Source: an uncultured Collinsella sp. (GTDB lineage: Bacteria; Actinomycetota; Coriobacteriia; Coriobacteriales; Coriobacteriaceae). From it: a stretch of 64,000 nucleotides of DNA. A program made the translations under genes and the position numbers. The notes beneath the pieces are model-generated. The model was not told the origin of the DNA. It worked only from the letters and a program-made list of their open reading frames with translations, and made no database searches. Shown piece after piece: positions 1-10,058 of this stretch. The DNA is taken from the NCBI GenBank assembly GCA_905205145.1, contig CAJLCM010000001.1, positions 2,403 to 66,402 on the forward strand, read 5' to 3'. Numbering within the stretch: the stretch's first letter is position 1; each line of letters begins with the position of its first letter.

Positions 1-1
1 G

Positions 2-301
2 GGCGAGAACTACGAGTGGACCACGATGTACGACGAGTTCGCCAAGACCGCCGAGGAGGAGGGCTTTGCCGAGATCGCCGAGAAGTTCCGTGGCGTCGCC
101 GCCGTCGAGAAGGCCCACGAGGAGCGCTACAACAAACTCGTCGAGCGCATCGAGTCGGGCGAGGTGTTTGAGCGTGAGGGTGTGAAGGTGTGGAAGTGCC
201 TGAACTGCGGGCACCTGCACGTTGGTGCCGAGGCGCCCGAGGTGTGCCCGGTGTGTAACCACCCGAAGGCGTACTTTGAGGAGCAGGTGGTGAACTACTA
301 G
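2..301 (+). CDS. rbr: Rubrerythrin, 3' portion. The gene begins upstream of the window. Ends with a rubredoxin-like C-terminal domain.
   Basis: The reading frame is open from position 2, so the listed ATG at 26 is internal. The diiron-type helix text ([12 protein letters not shown]...EKAHEERY) is followed by the C-terminal CxxC...CxxC rubredoxin-like motif (CLNCGH...CPVCNHP). Confidence 0.85.
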   Translation, partial: GENYEWTTMYDEFAKTAEEEGFAEIAEKFRGVAAVEKAHEERYNKLVERIESGEVFEREGVKVWKCLNCGHLHVGAEAPEVCPVCNHPKAYFEEQVVNY

Positions 302-321
302 CGCTTGGCGCTGGCTGCTGC

Positions 322-505
322 GGAGCGCAGGGCGGGAGGCCGGATCGCCTTCCCTCCCCGCTCACGGCTCCGCAGGGTCGCGTTGAGGGAAGGCGATCCG
401 GCCTCCCGCCCTGCGCTCCGGCGTTGGGTCGTCGCGTGCTCGTTACAGAAAAGCTGATAAGAAGTTTGTGTGCCGCCCCTTATGGGGCGGCACGTTTTTG
501 TGGGG
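322..505. repeat. Intergenic structured repeat, family 1 copy a. A 31-bp perfect stem-loop is followed by a conserved linker and a terminator-like hairpin.
   Basis: The stem cgcagggcgggaggccggatcgccttccctc at 325-355 pairs perfectly with 384-414. The following 90 nt (ccggcgttgggtcg...gttacagaaaagctgataagaagtttgtgtgccgcccc) are nearly identical to 1320-1406. Confidence 0.6.
468..500 (+). terminator. Rho-independent terminator-like hairpin (gtgccgcccct tat ggggcggcac followed by gtttttgtg).
   Basis: A GC-rich 10-bp stem followed by a T-rich tract, downstream of rubrerythrin. Confidence 0.55.
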
Positions 506-584
506 GCCGGTTGGGGCGGTGACGTTGCTTAGAGGGTACACTGGGTAGCGTTGGCTATTCGTTTCCTCTTGTGAGGTGTTGGTT

Positions 585-1217
585 ATGGGTAAGAAGTCTC
601 GGGCTCGGGTTGCTGCGGCGGGAACTCGCAAGGATCCTGGTCGTCGGGTTGCCGAGGGTAAAAAGGCCGATCGTGCTGAGAAGGACAAGAAAGTCGGCGC
701 GCATGCTCATCCTGAGTGGGCGCCCCATTTGAATTCGGCTAGTGAGGATTTGACTGCCAAGCTGTTCACGATGGTCGAGGTCATCTTGGGTGTGGTGCCC
801 GTGGTGGTCATTGGCCTGTTCCTGGCCTCTAAGGATGCCACGAGCGTGGATAAGCTCACCGGGGTCTTTTCGCAGGACCCCTCGATGGTGGTCACGTTTA
901 TTTCTGCGTGCTTGCAGCCGTTTGTGGCGTACATGCTGTATATGGTCTACCGCAAATACTGCGAGGGTAATGCGGGCTTTGCCGCCGGCAACCTGATCGG
1001 TCTTTTGTGCTCCGAGATCTTGCTGCTCAATATCCCGGGCGTCATCGGTATGGGCATCTTGCTGTGGCGTGTTTGGCGCAACGTTGCCCCGCACTTTGAG
1101 AGCTGGTTGTTTGAGCGCCGTGCAATGGGCGTACTGGCAGACATCGCGGGCTCGCTCGTGATTCTAGCCTTGGCGTTTATATGCGCCACCGCCGCCCGAG
1201 GTCTCGCGGGCATGTAG
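585..1217 (+). CDS. Hypothetical polytopic membrane protein with a Lys/Arg-rich N-terminal tail.
   Basis: ORF 576..1217. The preferred start is ATG 585, 7-12 nt after GAGGTG. Multiple hydrophobic segments follow a KKSRARVAAAGTRKD... tail. Confidence 0.55.
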   Translation: MGKKSRARVAAAGTRKDPGRRVAEGKKADRAEKDKKVGAHAHPEWAPHLNSASEDLTAKLFTMVEVILGVVPVVVIGLFLASKDATSVDKLTGVFSQDPSMVVTFISACLQPFVAYMLYMVYRKYCEGNAGFAAGNLIGLLCSEILLLNIPGVIGMGILLWRVWRNVAPHFESWLFERRAMGVLADIAGSLVILALAFICATAARGLAGM

Positions 1218-1235
1218 TCTGTCCTCACCGACCAC

Positions 1236-1406
1236 GGAGCGCAGAGCGGGGAAACCTTTCCCTCTCGCTCACGGCTTCGCAGGGTCGCGCGAGGCAAAGG
1301 TTTCCCCGCCCTGCGTTCCGGCGTTGAGTCGCCGCATGCTTGTTACAGAAAAGCTGATAATAAGTTTGTGTGCCGCCCCTTTGGGGCGGCACTTTTTGTG
1401 GGGGGT
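1236..1406. repeat. Intergenic structured repeat, family 1 copy b.
   Basis: It has the same architecture as 322-505. The long stem has a different sequence (gcggggaaaccttt / aaaggtttccccgc) but is again self-complementary. The loop cgctcacggct.cgcagggtcgcg and the 3' linker plus terminator hairpin are conserved. Confidence 0.6.
1368..1398 (+). terminator. Terminator-like hairpin (gtgccgcccctttggggcggcac followed by tttttgtg).
   Basis: A GC stem followed by a T-run. It lies inside copy b of family 1. Confidence 0.5.
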
Positions 1407-1650
1407 CCCTGTCTTCACAATTTTCGTCAAGCTTTTGGTTAGATTTTGGTCAGTTGGCGTAAAGGCGGAAGTCCAAAAGATTGATGGCGAAAAAAGCTCA
1501 GAGAAAGTGCTGGTAGGGGAGTTGTTGAGCTTTTCGACAGCTTTTGAGCAAAAGAAACTTTGTGGCTATTGCCGGCGATTGCGTTGTCGCGGTCATGGCG
1601 GTGCGGGATGCTGGTCGTAAGCGTCGAATGCTCCGATTTTGGAGGCCAGC

Positions 1651-2073
1651 ATGGATCTGTTTCTTGAGACTCCGCAGCAACAAGCTGAGCGCATGCTGCG
1701 TCAGCAGCAACGACTCATGGAGATGCAAATGCGAGGGGCGGCAGCCCAGCCCCCTGCGCAAAATGCCACGCCTGCGGTTTCGCCTGCGGGCGAATCGGCA
1801 CCAGAGGCCTATTCCGTACAGCAAGATTCATATGCGCAGGAGCTCGCGTTCGACAAGCGTCGTGCGCGTCGTCGCCGCGTGGGCCAGCGCCTGCGCACAT
1901 TGGCGATGATCGTGCTCATCCCGCTGGGGCTTGCGGTCATCTTTCTGGCGTCGTATGCCCTCACGTGCATCCTCAACGGCGCATCGCCCAACGAGGTGCT
2001 CCAACATCTGTCAGCCCTCGGCCAGCGCCTAGGCGACGTCATGACAACCATTCGCACCGGCTGGGAGAGCTAG
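1651..2073 (+). CDS. Hypothetical protein with a Gln-rich N-terminus and a C-terminal transmembrane anchor.
   Basis: ORF 1639..2073. ATG 1651 follows GGAGG. A single hydrophobic helix (LAMIVLIPLGLAVIFLASYAL) sits near the C-terminus. Confidence 0.45.
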   Translation: MDLFLETPQQQAERMLRQQQRLMEMQMRGAAAQPPAQNATPAVSPAGESAPEAYSVQQDSYAQELAFDKRRARRRRVGQRLRTLAMIVLIPLGLAVIFLASYALTCILNGASPNEVLQHLSALGQRLGDVMTTIRTGWES

Positions 2074-2197
2074 CGTTTTAGCGTCCGTGGCTCTAAGAGA
2101 AATTTGTCTGCAAGGCAGTGAGTGATCCGTGTGTGTGGCGGGGTAAGATTGATCGCGGTTTTGATTGGTGCTCGATTGGGTTTGTTGGGCGGAGTTT

Positions 2198-3553
2198 ATG
2201 TCTGCTATTGATATCGTGCTTGTTGTGATCGCCTTGGTGGCGGTGGGGGTTGCTGTGGCTTGCGCCCTCCAGCTCAAGAGCCTGCGTGCCGAGTTGCGGG
2301 AGCGTGGCGACAGTAGCGCGGAAACGCTCGCGGCGCTCGAGCAGGCCAACAGCACGCTCGATGCCCTGAACGTCGCGCTGGCCGAAACCCGCCGCACGGC
2401 CAATGTCATCGCGCAGCAGCAGACGACCGATGCGGCCGTGGAGCAGCAACGTTACCTGACCATCGCACGCGAGTTTTCGCAAGCTGGTGACCGGATGGAT
2501 GACCTGCGCCGCGAGACGGCCCAACAGCTCGGCGCCAACCGCGAGGGCATCGAGCATCGCCTGGACAAGGTGCGCGAGACGGTCGATGCCCAGCTGGGCG
2601 CCATCCGCAAGGACAACAACGTGCAACTCGATCAGATGCGCGCGACGGTGGACGAGAAACTCTCCCGCACGCTCAACGACCGCCTGTCTGCATCGTTTAA
2701 GCAGGTGAGCGACCAGCTCGAGGCCGTGTACAAGGGTCTGGGCGACATGCAGTCCATCGCCACCGGCGTGGGCGACCTTAAGCGCGTGCTGGGCAACGTG
2801 AAGGCGCGTGGCATTTTGGGCGAGGTACAGCTGGGTGCAATTCTGGCGGACATCCTTACACCCGACCAGTATCTGGAAAACGTCGCCACCAAGCCCGGCG
2901 CCTCGGAGCGCGTTGAGTTTGCCGTCAAGCTGCCGGTGGACGAGGGCGACCCCGTGCTGCTGCCGATTGACTCCAAGTTTCCGGGCGACGCGTACGAGCA
3001 CTTGCTCGACGCGCAGGAGTCGGGCGATGCGGAGACCGTGGCGGCTGCGCGCAAGACGCTCGACACCATGGTCAAGCGCGAGGCCAAGGACATCTGCGAA
3101 AAGTACCTGAGTGTGCCGGCAACGACCAACTTTGGCATCATGTTCGTTCCGTTTGAGGGACTGTACGCCGAGGTCGTCAGCCGCCCCGGGCTTATCGAGA
3201 CCCTGGGCCGCGACTATCACGTCAACGTTGCCGGTCCCAGCACCATGGCGGCCATCCTCAACAGTCTGCAGATGAGCTATCAGACGTTTAAGCTGCAAAA
3301 ACGTACCGACGACGTGCTGCGCGTGCTCTCCGCCGTCAAGGCCGAGCTGCCGCGCTATCAAAAGGCACTGCGCCGCGCCCAGCAGCAGATCGAGACCGCG
3401 GGCAAAACGGTCGAGGGTATCATCACCACGCGCACCAACGTTATGGAGCGCAAGCTCAGGGACATCGACGCGCTGGAAGACGCCGACCAAGCCGATGAGA
3501 TCTTGGGACTCACGCCTGCGGGCCTTCCCACAGACCAAGAAGACGAGGACTAA
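2198..3553 (+). CDS. rmuC: DNA recombination protein RmuC.
   Basis: An N-terminal TM helix is followed by a long coiled-coil and then the RmuC nuclease-like C-terminal region (..NFGIMFVPFEGLYAEV..). The size and architecture are typical. The ORF starts at 2165, and the internal ATG 2198 is preferred. Confidence 0.75.
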   Translation: MSAIDIVLVVIALVAVGVAVACALQLKSLRAELRERGDSSAETLAALEQANSTLDALNVALAETRRTANVIAQQQTTDAAVEQQRYLTIAREFSQAGDRMDDLRRETAQQLGANREGIEHRLDKVRETVDAQLGAIRKDNNVQLDQMRATVDEKLSRTLNDRLSASFKQVSDQLEAVYKGLGDMQSIATGVGDLKRVLGNVKARGILGEVQLGAILADILTPDQYLENVATKPGASERVEFAVKLPVDEGDPVLLPIDSKFPGDAYEHLLDAQESGDAETVAAARKTLDTMVKREAKDICEKYLSVPATTNFGIMFVPFEGLYAEVVSRPGLIETLGRDYHVNVAGPSTMAAILNSLQMSYQTFKLQKRTDDVLRVLSAVKAELPRYQKALRRAQQQIETAGKTVEGIITTRTNVMERKLRDIDALEDADQADEILGLTPAGLPTDQEDED

Positions 3554-3680
3554 TTGCAACAAGACGGCGGGGCGCCGGCGTAAACGCGGGTGCCCCGCTG
3601 CTTTTCGCATCGCGCTTGCCTGAAGTGCGCTTCAGTGTGCAACAATGGCGTTTCGCCCTATCAGATGCGAAAGGAAGCCC

Positions 3681-5483
3681 ATGTCTCAGAGAAGCACCAG
3701 CCCGCTCAGCCGCTCCACCGTGCGCCGCACGCTGCAGCGGTTTTGGGGTGTCACGCGCACGCAGCCGCTGATCGTCTTTCTCTCGGTGCTCTCGTCGGCG
3801 GGCTACATCTTTTTGCTGACGTTTGCCAATACCTATGTGATGGCCCTCATTGTCGATCGCGTTCAAGCCGGTCCCGTGGCGGGTGACCAGGTGTTTGAGG
3901 TCTTCGGCCCCTATATCCTGGCGCTCGTACTCGTTAACCTGGTGGGTCAAATCCTCTCCAAGCTACAGGACTACACCGTCTACAAGCTCGAGATCGCAGG
4001 CAACTATCACCTGGCGCGTCTAAGCTTCGACACGCTCTCCAACCAATCCATGACATTCCATACCAGCCGCTTTGGCGGATCGCTTGTGAGCCAGACGAGC
4101 CGTTTTATGAGCGGCTATACGGGGCTGGTGGACGTGACGGTGTATTCGCTCATCCCCACCATCACCTCGGTCATCTGCACCGTGGCCGCGCTCGCCCCGG
4201 TGGTGCCGACGTTTACCGTGATCCTGGTGTGCATCATGGTCGTCTACATCGCGTTTGTCTGGCTTATGTACAAGCGCATCATGCCGCTTTCGGCCGCGAC
4301 GTCCGCCGCGCAGAACAAGCTCTCGGGCGTGCTCTCCGACGCAGTCACGAACATCTTGGCCGTCAAGACCTGCGGGCGCGAGGACTTTGAACGCGATCTG
4401 TTCGACGCCGCCGATCGTGCCGCGCGCGATGCCGAGACGGTCTCGATGCACGCCATGATGCAGCGCAACTTTACGACCTCGGGCCTTATCGTCATCACCA
4501 TGGCCGTGGTGAGTGTGTTCGTCGCGGGTGGCAACGCGTGGTTTGGCATCTCTGCCGGCGCGCTCGTCATGATTTTTACCTACACCTATAACCTCACCAT
4601 GCGCCTGAACTACGTAAGCTCCATGATGCAGCGCATTAACCGCGCACTGGGCGATGCGGCCGAGATGACGCGCGTGCTGGACGAGCCGCGTTTGGTGGCA
4701 GACGACCCGGACGCCCCTGAGCTCAAAGTGACCGAAGGCGCGATTGATTTTGAGCACCTGAGCTTTGCGTACCGTGACGCTGTGGCGGGCGAGAGCGTGT
4801 TCGATGACCTGACGCTTCATGTGGCGGCGGGCCAGCGCGTGGGCCTGGTGGGCAAATCGGGCTCGGGTAAGACGACGCTCACCAAGCTGCTGCTGCGCCT
4901 GGATGATGTTCAGGGCGGCCGCGTGCTCGTGGACGGTCAGGATGTCTCGCGCTGCACGCAGCAGAGCCTGCGCCGTCAGGTTGCCTACGTGCCGCAGGAG
5001 GCGCTGCTGTTCCACCGCTCCATTCGCGAAAACATTGCCTACGGTCGTCCCAACGCCACTGATGAGCAGATCCGCGAGGCGGCTCGCTTGGCTAATGCGA
5101 CCGAGTTTATCGACCGCCTGCCCCGTGGCTTTGACACCATGGTGGGCGAACGCGGCGTCAAGCTCTCGGGCGGCCAGCGTCAGCGCGTGGCTATCGCCCG
5201 CGCCATCCTAACCGACGCGCCGATTCTGGTGCTCGACGAGGCGACCTCTGCCCTCGACAGCGAGTCCGAGGCGCTGGTGCAGGAGGCGCTCGAAAACCTG
5301 ATGCGTGGACGTACCTCCATTGTGGTGGCGCACCGCCTGTCCACCGTGGCGGCACTCGACCGCATTGTGGTGCTGGCCGATGGCGAGATCGTCGAGGACG
5401 GCACGCATGCGCAGCTTGTCGAGGCGGGTGGCGAGTACGCGAGCCTGTGGAGCCGTCAGACCGGCGCATTCTTGGAGGCGTAA
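3681..5483 (+). CDS. ABC transporter, fused permease and ATP-binding protein (exporter type).
   Basis: A six-TM N-terminal half is followed by Walker A GKSGSGKTT, the signature LSGGQRQRVAIARA and Walker B ILVLDEATSALD. The start ATG 3681 follows GAAAGGAAG. Confidence 0.85.
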   Translation: MSQRSTSPLSRSTVRRTLQRFWGVTRTQPLIVFLSVLSSAGYIFLLTFANTYVMALIVDRVQAGPVAGDQVFEVFGPYILALVLVNLVGQILSKLQDYTVYKLEIAGNYHLARLSFDTLSNQSMTFHTSRFGGSLVSQTSRFMSGYTGLVDVTVYSLIPTITSVICTVAALAPVVPTFTVILVCIMVVYIAFVWLMYKRIMPLSAATSAAQNKLSGVLSDAVTNILAVKTCGREDFERDLFDAADRAARDAETVSMHAMMQRNFTTSGLIVITMAVVSVFVAGGNAWFGISAGALVMIFTYTYNLTMRLNYVSSMMQRINRALGDAAEMTRVLDEPRLVADDPDAPELKVTEGAIDFEHLSFAYRDAVAGESVFDDLTLHVAAGQRVGLVGKSGSGKTTLTKLLLRLDDVQGGRVLVDGQDVSRCTQQSLRRQVAYVPQEALLFHRSIRENIAYGRPNATDEQIREAARLANATEFIDRLPRGFDTMVGERGVKLSGGQRQRVAIARAILTDAPILVLDEATSALDSESEALVQEALENLMRGRTSIVVAHRLSTVAALDRIVVLADGEIVEDGTHAQLVEAGGEYASLWSRQTGAFLEA

Positions 5484-5546
5484 GCGTTTCGGACGTGGGA
5501 CAATTGTGCCCATAAGTTTATTGTGCCGTTGAGCCGAGGAGTCGTT

Positions 5547-6212
5547 ATGCCACGCGAGACCAATGCCGCCAAACGCGAGCGCGCCGTTGAGGTGTGCGAG
5601 CGTCTCAACCGTCGCTATGGCCCGGTCGAGTGCTTTTTGGACCACGAGAATCCCTTCCGCCTGCTGATCGCGGTGCTGCTCTCGGCGCAAACGACCGACG
5701 CGCAGGTCAACAAGGTGACGCCGAAGCTGTTTGCCCAGTGGCCCACGCCCGAGGCCATGGCCGGGGCGAGCGTGGCTGACGTGGCAGACACCATCAAGTC
5801 ACTCGGCTTCTACAAGAGCAAAGCCAAGCATGCCGTCGAGGCCGCACAGATGATCGTCGCCGACTATGGCGGCGAGGTGCCGGCCGACATGAAGGAACTC
5901 GTGAAGCTGCCGGGTGTGGGACGCAAAACGGCGAACATCGTGCTCAACGTGGGGTTTGGCATTGTCGAGGGCATCGCGGTCGATACACACGTCAACCGCA
6001 TCGCACACCGCCTGATGCTGAGCCCCAAGACGCATGCTAAGGAGCCGCTCAAGACCGAGCAAGATCTGCTCAAGATTTTGCCGCACGAGTATTGGGAGTC
6101 GGTCAACCACCAGTGGATCACCTTTGGTCGCGAGATCTGCGATGCCCGCAAACCCAAGTGTGACGAGTGTCCGCTGGCAGATTTGTGCCCCAGCGTGCGC
6201 GTAGCGGGGTAG
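5547..6212 (+). CDS. nth: Endonuclease III (DNA glycosylase/AP lyase).
   Basis: HhH-GPD motif LPGVGRKTANIVL and the C-terminal 4Fe-4S cluster motif CDARKPKCDECPLADLC. ATG 5547 follows GGAG. Confidence 0.85.
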   Translation: MPRETNAAKRERAVEVCERLNRRYGPVECFLDHENPFRLLIAVLLSAQTTDAQVNKVTPKLFAQWPTPEAMAGASVADVADTIKSLGFYKSKAKHAVEAAQMIVADYGGEVPADMKELVKLPGVGRKTANIVLNVGFGIVEGIAVDTHVNRIAHRLMLSPKTHAKEPLKTEQDLLKILPHEYWESVNHQWITFGREICDARKPKCDECPLADLCPSVRVAG

Positions 6213-6369
6213 GGCGGAACGCATCTTCGTCTGGCGTTTTTTGCGGGGCTGGGTTTGCCCTTGAGCCGGAGTCCTCTCCATGCGCTACCATGACAGACAA
6301 TGTATTTGACGTACAACCCGCCGAGCTTGCCCCGGCGGGCTTTTGGCGTTGCAATGCCGGAGGAACAGC

Positions 6370-9300
6370 ATGCTCATTCACCGTATAGCCGCGCAGCTCT
6401 ACACTGCCGAGGCGCTGCAGACCGTCGAGGCGGGACTCGATGCTGGCGAGGACGTGACGCTGGCCGTGTCGCAGTCGGGCCGCACGCTTATGGCGGCCGC
6501 CCAGTTTGCGCGCCGTCCGCGCCCGACGGTCTACATTGTGAGCGGCGAGGATGCGGCCGATCGCGCCGCGCGCAGCCTTGCCGCCTATGTGGGTCTGGCG
6601 CACGTGTGCCGCTTTCCCGAGCGCAAGGACTACCCTTGGCGCGAGCAGGCGCCCGACGACGCCGTGGTAGCCCAGCGCTGCGAGGCGCTCGGGCGCATCG
6701 TGCGCGGCGACAACTGCATCATGGTCGCCTCGGCTCGCGCGCTGCTGCGCTGCGTGCCGCCGGTCGAGAGCCGCTACTGGGAGTCCACTACTTTTGCGGT
6801 GGGCGAGGAGATTCCTTTTGACGAGGTGCCGCAGCGTCTGGTGGGCATGGGCTACACCAATGCCGGCACCGCCGACGCGCCCGGCCTGTTCCGTGTGCAC
6901 GGCGACACCGTCGAGGTGTTTCCCGCGCAGGAAAAGGCGCCCGTGCGCATTGAATTTTTCGGCGACGAGATCGACCGCATCCGCCGCATGGTGAGTTCAA
7001 CGGGCCAGACCATCGGCAACGAGGACAGCATCGAGATCTTCCCCTGTCGCGAGCTTGCACTCACCGACGACGCCGTCCACAACATGCATGTGGCGCTCTA
7101 CCGCGCCAGCCAGGACGACAGCAAGTTGGCGGCGCTGCTCGAGATGGTGGATGCGCGCATCGTCACGCCTGAGCTCGACCGCTTTTTGCCGGTGATGTAC
7201 GGCCAGACCGTGAGCCCGCTGTCGCATGTGAGCGGCAATGCGCTCGTGGTGCTGTCCGAGCCGCGCTCGCTGTTCGACGATTGCCTGCGCGCCTACGAGG
7301 ATATCGAGGCGCGTGCCGGCGAGGCGGGGATTGACCGCCTGGATGGCCTGTATGTACGCGCCCAGCAGCTCGATTTTGGTGCTCAGCAGCGCCTGAACTA
7401 TGTGAGCCTGATCCGTGCCGGCGGTGCGGTGACGGCCGAGCTCAAGATTGAGCAGCCTGCCATCGCAGGATCGGACAATCGCTTTATGACGCGCATCCAG
7501 GAGGTCGTGGGCAAGCGCTATGCCTGCGTGTTTGCCATCCCCGACCGCGGTGCGCGCGAGTCGATGGAGCTCACCTTTGGCGACGAGGGCATTACCTTTG
7601 AGGAATCGCTGACCGCGGCGCCCGAAAACGCCGGCGCTATCGGCGACCGCGTGCGTGTGGCAGCGGCGGATTCCGCTGACCGTGCCGCACGCCAGGAGGC
7701 CCATGCTTCCATTCGCGAGCGTAAGGCCGACGCGCTTAACGCCCGCCCGCTCGAGGCGGGTGCCGCCCAGGCTGCCGCCGGTGCCGCCGTGCCCACCATC
7801 TCGCGCGGGCGCGTGACCTTTGTCGATGCTGCTTTGCCGCAGGGCGTGGTGGTGCCCGACGCCAATTTGGCCGTGTTCTCGATCGCCGACCTCAACGCCC
7901 GCATGGATGCCAACCGCGCGCGCAGCCGCCGCAAGGTTGACATTACGCAGATCACCTTCCCGTTTAAGCCGGGCGACTACGTGGTGCACGCTACCCACGG
8001 CATCGCGCTCTTTAGCGAGATCGCGCGCCAGGAAGTGGGCGGCAAGGAACGCGACTACTTTTTGCTGGAATACGCCGATGGCGACAAGCTCTACGTGCCG
8101 CTGGAGCAGGTTGACCGCATTACGCGCTACGTTGGTCCCGACGGCGATAAACCGCGCTTGACCAGGCTCAACACCGCCGACTGGACACGGGCCACCAACA
8201 AGGCGCGCAAGAATGCCAAAAAGCTGGCGTTTGACCTGGTCGACCTGTATACGCGCCGCTCGTCGATTACCGGTATCGCCTGTCCGCCCGATACGCCTGA
8301 GCAGATCGAGATGGAGGAGAGCTTCCCCTACGACGAGACACGCGACCAGCTGGAGGCTATCGCCGACATCAAGGCAGACATGGAGGCGCCCAAGCCCATG
8401 GACCGCCTGCTGTGCGGCGACGTGGGTTTCGGCAAGACCGAGGTCGCCCTGCGCGCAGCCTTTAAGTGCGTGGACTCCGGCCGCCAGGTCATGGTGCTCT
8501 GCCCCACGACCATTCTGGCCCAGCAGCACTACGAGACGTTCTTTGAGCGATTTGCCCCGTTTGGCCTTGAAGTCGAGGTGCTCAGCCGCTTCCGCACCCC
8601 GGCGCAGCAAAAGCGCGCGCTCAAGGCGTTTGCCGAGGGCACGATTGATGTACTCATCGGCACGCACCGCTTGCTTTCTGCCGATGTGAACCCCAAGAAC
8701 CTGGGCATGGTGATCATCGACGAAGAGCAGCGCTTTGGTGTGCAGCACAAGGAGCAGCTCAAGAACCTGCGCGAGCAAATCGACGTGCTCACGCTCTCGG
8801 CAACGCCTATTCCGCGAACCATGCAGATGGCCACGAGCGGCGTGCGCGACATGAGCCTGATCACCACACCGCCGACCGGGCGCCGTCCCGTGATCGTGCA
8901 CGTGGGGGAGTACGACCCCGACGTGGTGAGCGCGGCGATTCGCCTGGAGGTGGGCCGCGGCGGCCAGGTGTATTACGTGTCCAACCGCGTCAAGACCATC
9001 GATGACGCCGTGGCGCGCGTGCACGAGGCCGCGCCCGAGGCGCGCGTGGGTGTGGCACACGGCAAGATGAGCCCGCGCGAGGTCGAAGACGTGATGATCG
9101 AGTTCGCGACCAAGAAGATTGACGTGCTTATCGCCACGACCATCGTGGAGAGTGGCATCGACAACGCAACGGCAAATACGCTCATCATCGAGGACTCGCA
9201 GCGTCTGGGTCTGGCACAGCTCTACCAGCTTAAGGGCCGCGTGGGCCGTTCTGCCACGCAGGCCTATGCGTACTTTATGTTCCCGGGCGAGCTGCCGCTT

Positions 9301-10002
9301 ACCGAGGAGGCCACGGCGCGCCTGACCGCGCTTTCCGAGTTCCAGGACCTGGGCAGCGGCATGCGCATCGCCATGCGCGACCTGGAGATTCGCGGTGCCG
9401 GTTCGCTCATGGGTGCCGAGCAGCACGGTAACCTGTCGAGCGTGGGCTTTGACCTGTTTACGCAGATGCTGGGCCAGGCCGTGGCCGAGGCGCGCGGCGA
9501 CGACGATGCCGGCGTGGAGGCGGCGAGCGTGGGCATCAACCTGCCGGCCGACTACTTCTTGTCCGAGGAGTACATGCCGGCGGTGGACCAGCGCGTGCTC
9601 GTGTACCGCAAGCTCGCGGCGGCCGAGGACCTGGAGAGTATCGACGAGGTGCAGGAGGAGACCGAGGCCGCGCACGGTGAGCTTCCGTTGGCGGGGCTCA
9701 ACCTGTTCAACCGCGCTCGCATCCGTATTCGCGGCGAGCGCCTGGGGCTCGAGAGCGTCACGCTCAGCGGCGGACGCATCACGTTTTTGGGCGTCGACGT
9801 GCCCAAGAAGGTGGCCTATGAGCTTAAGACTCGCTATGGCGCGGTGAACTTCCCCAAGAGCCGCAAGCTCTCGGTGCCCTACAAGGCGGGCGCCGGTGCG
9901 GGCAGCGGCCTGGGCCGCGGCCTCGATGCCAACGACGGCACCGGCCCGGTGGCGGCCGCGCTCATGCTGCTGCAGCAATTGGGTGCTAGCGACGACGACT
10001 AA
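6370..10002 (+). CDS. mfd: Transcription-repair coupling factor Mfd.
   Basis: ~1210 aa. Contains the RNAP-interacting domain, helicase motif I GDVGFGKTEVALRAAF, DEEQRFGV and the TRG/C-terminal domain. ATG 6370 follows GGAGGAA. Confidence 0.9.
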   Translation: MLIHRIAAQLYTAEALQTVEAGLDAGEDVTLAVSQSGRTLMAAAQFARRPRPTVYIVSGEDAADRAARSLAAYVGLAHVCRFPERKDYPWREQAPDDAVVAQRCEALGRIVRGDNCIMVASARALLRCVPPVESRYWESTTFAVGEEIPFDEVPQRLVGMGYTNAGTADAPGLFRVHGDTVEVFPAQEKAPVRIEFFGDEIDRIRRMVSSTGQTIGNEDSIEIFPCRELALTDDAVHNMHVALYRASQDDSKLAALLEMVDARIVTPELDRFLPVMYGQTVSPLSHVSGNALVVLSEPRSLFDDCLRAYEDIEARAGEAGIDRLDGLYVRAQQLDFGAQQRLNYVSLIRAGGAVTAELKIEQPAIAGSDNRFMTRIQEVVGKRYACVFAIPDRGARESMELTFGDEGITFEESLTAAPENAGAIGDRVRVAAADSADRAARQEAHASIRERKADALNARPLEAGAAQAAAGAAVPTISRGRVTFVDAALPQGVVVPDANLAVFSIADLNARMDANRARSRRKVDITQITFPFKPGDYVVHATHGIALFSEIARQEVGGKERDYFLLEYADGDKLYVPLEQVDRITRYVGPDGDKPRLTRLNTADWTRATNKARKNAKKLAFDLVDLYTRRSSITGIACPPDTPEQIEMEESFPYDETRDQLEAIADIKADMEAPKPMDRLLCGDVGFGKTEVALRAAFKCVDSGRQVMVLCPTTILAQQHYETFFERFAPFGLEVEVLSRFRTPAQQKRALKAFAEGTIDVLIGTHRLLSADVNPKNLGMVIIDEEQRFGVQHKEQLKNLREQIDVLTLSATPIPRTMQMATSGVRDMSLITTPPTGRRPVIVHVGEYDPDVVSAAIRLEVGRGGQVYYVSNRVKTIDDAVARVHEAAPEARVGVAHGKMSPREVEDVMIEFATKKIDVLIATTIVESGIDNATANTLIIEDSQRLGLAQLYQLKGRVGRSATQAYAYFMFPGELPLTEEATARLTALSEFQDLGSGMRIAMRDLEIRGAGSLMGAEQHGNLSSVGFDLFTQMLGQAVAEARGDDDAGVEAASVGINLPADYFLSEEYMPAVDQRVLVYRKLAAAEDLESIDEVQEETEAAHGELPLAGLNLFNRARIRIRGERLGLESVTLSGGRITFLGVDVPKKVAYELKTRYGAVNFPKSRKLSVPYKAGAGAGSGLGRGLDANDGTGPVAAALMLLQQLGASDDD

Positions 10003-10045
10003 CGGGTCGACGCTGCAAACGCCCCATTTGGGCAATCTGGTTCCA
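10003..10045. repeat. Fragment of repeat family 3 (cgacgctgcaaacgcccc...gcaatctgg core only).
   Basis: Matches the 5' core of the copies at 15010-15045 and 23535-23565. Confidence 0.4.
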
Positions 10046-10058
10046 TCGAAAGGAAAGC

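Noticed and set aside
1324-1620. 98-aa ORF starting inside repeat family 1 copy b.
   Set aside because: It overlaps the conserved hairpin and terminator of a repeat element. It has no RBS and no recognisable domain.
6997-10035. 1012-aa ORF on the minus strand opposite mfd. Similar long antisense ORFs lie opposite the PTS/SIS block (18262..21153), pheT (50242..52734), the Ca-ATPase (58733..61216), RmuC (2093..3610) and ldh (28202..29185).
   Set aside because: They are a typical artefact of high-GC DNA, where stop codons are rare in antisense frames. They have no RBS, no domain content and Ala/Arg/Gly-dominated low-complexity composition. The sense-strand genes have clear motifs.
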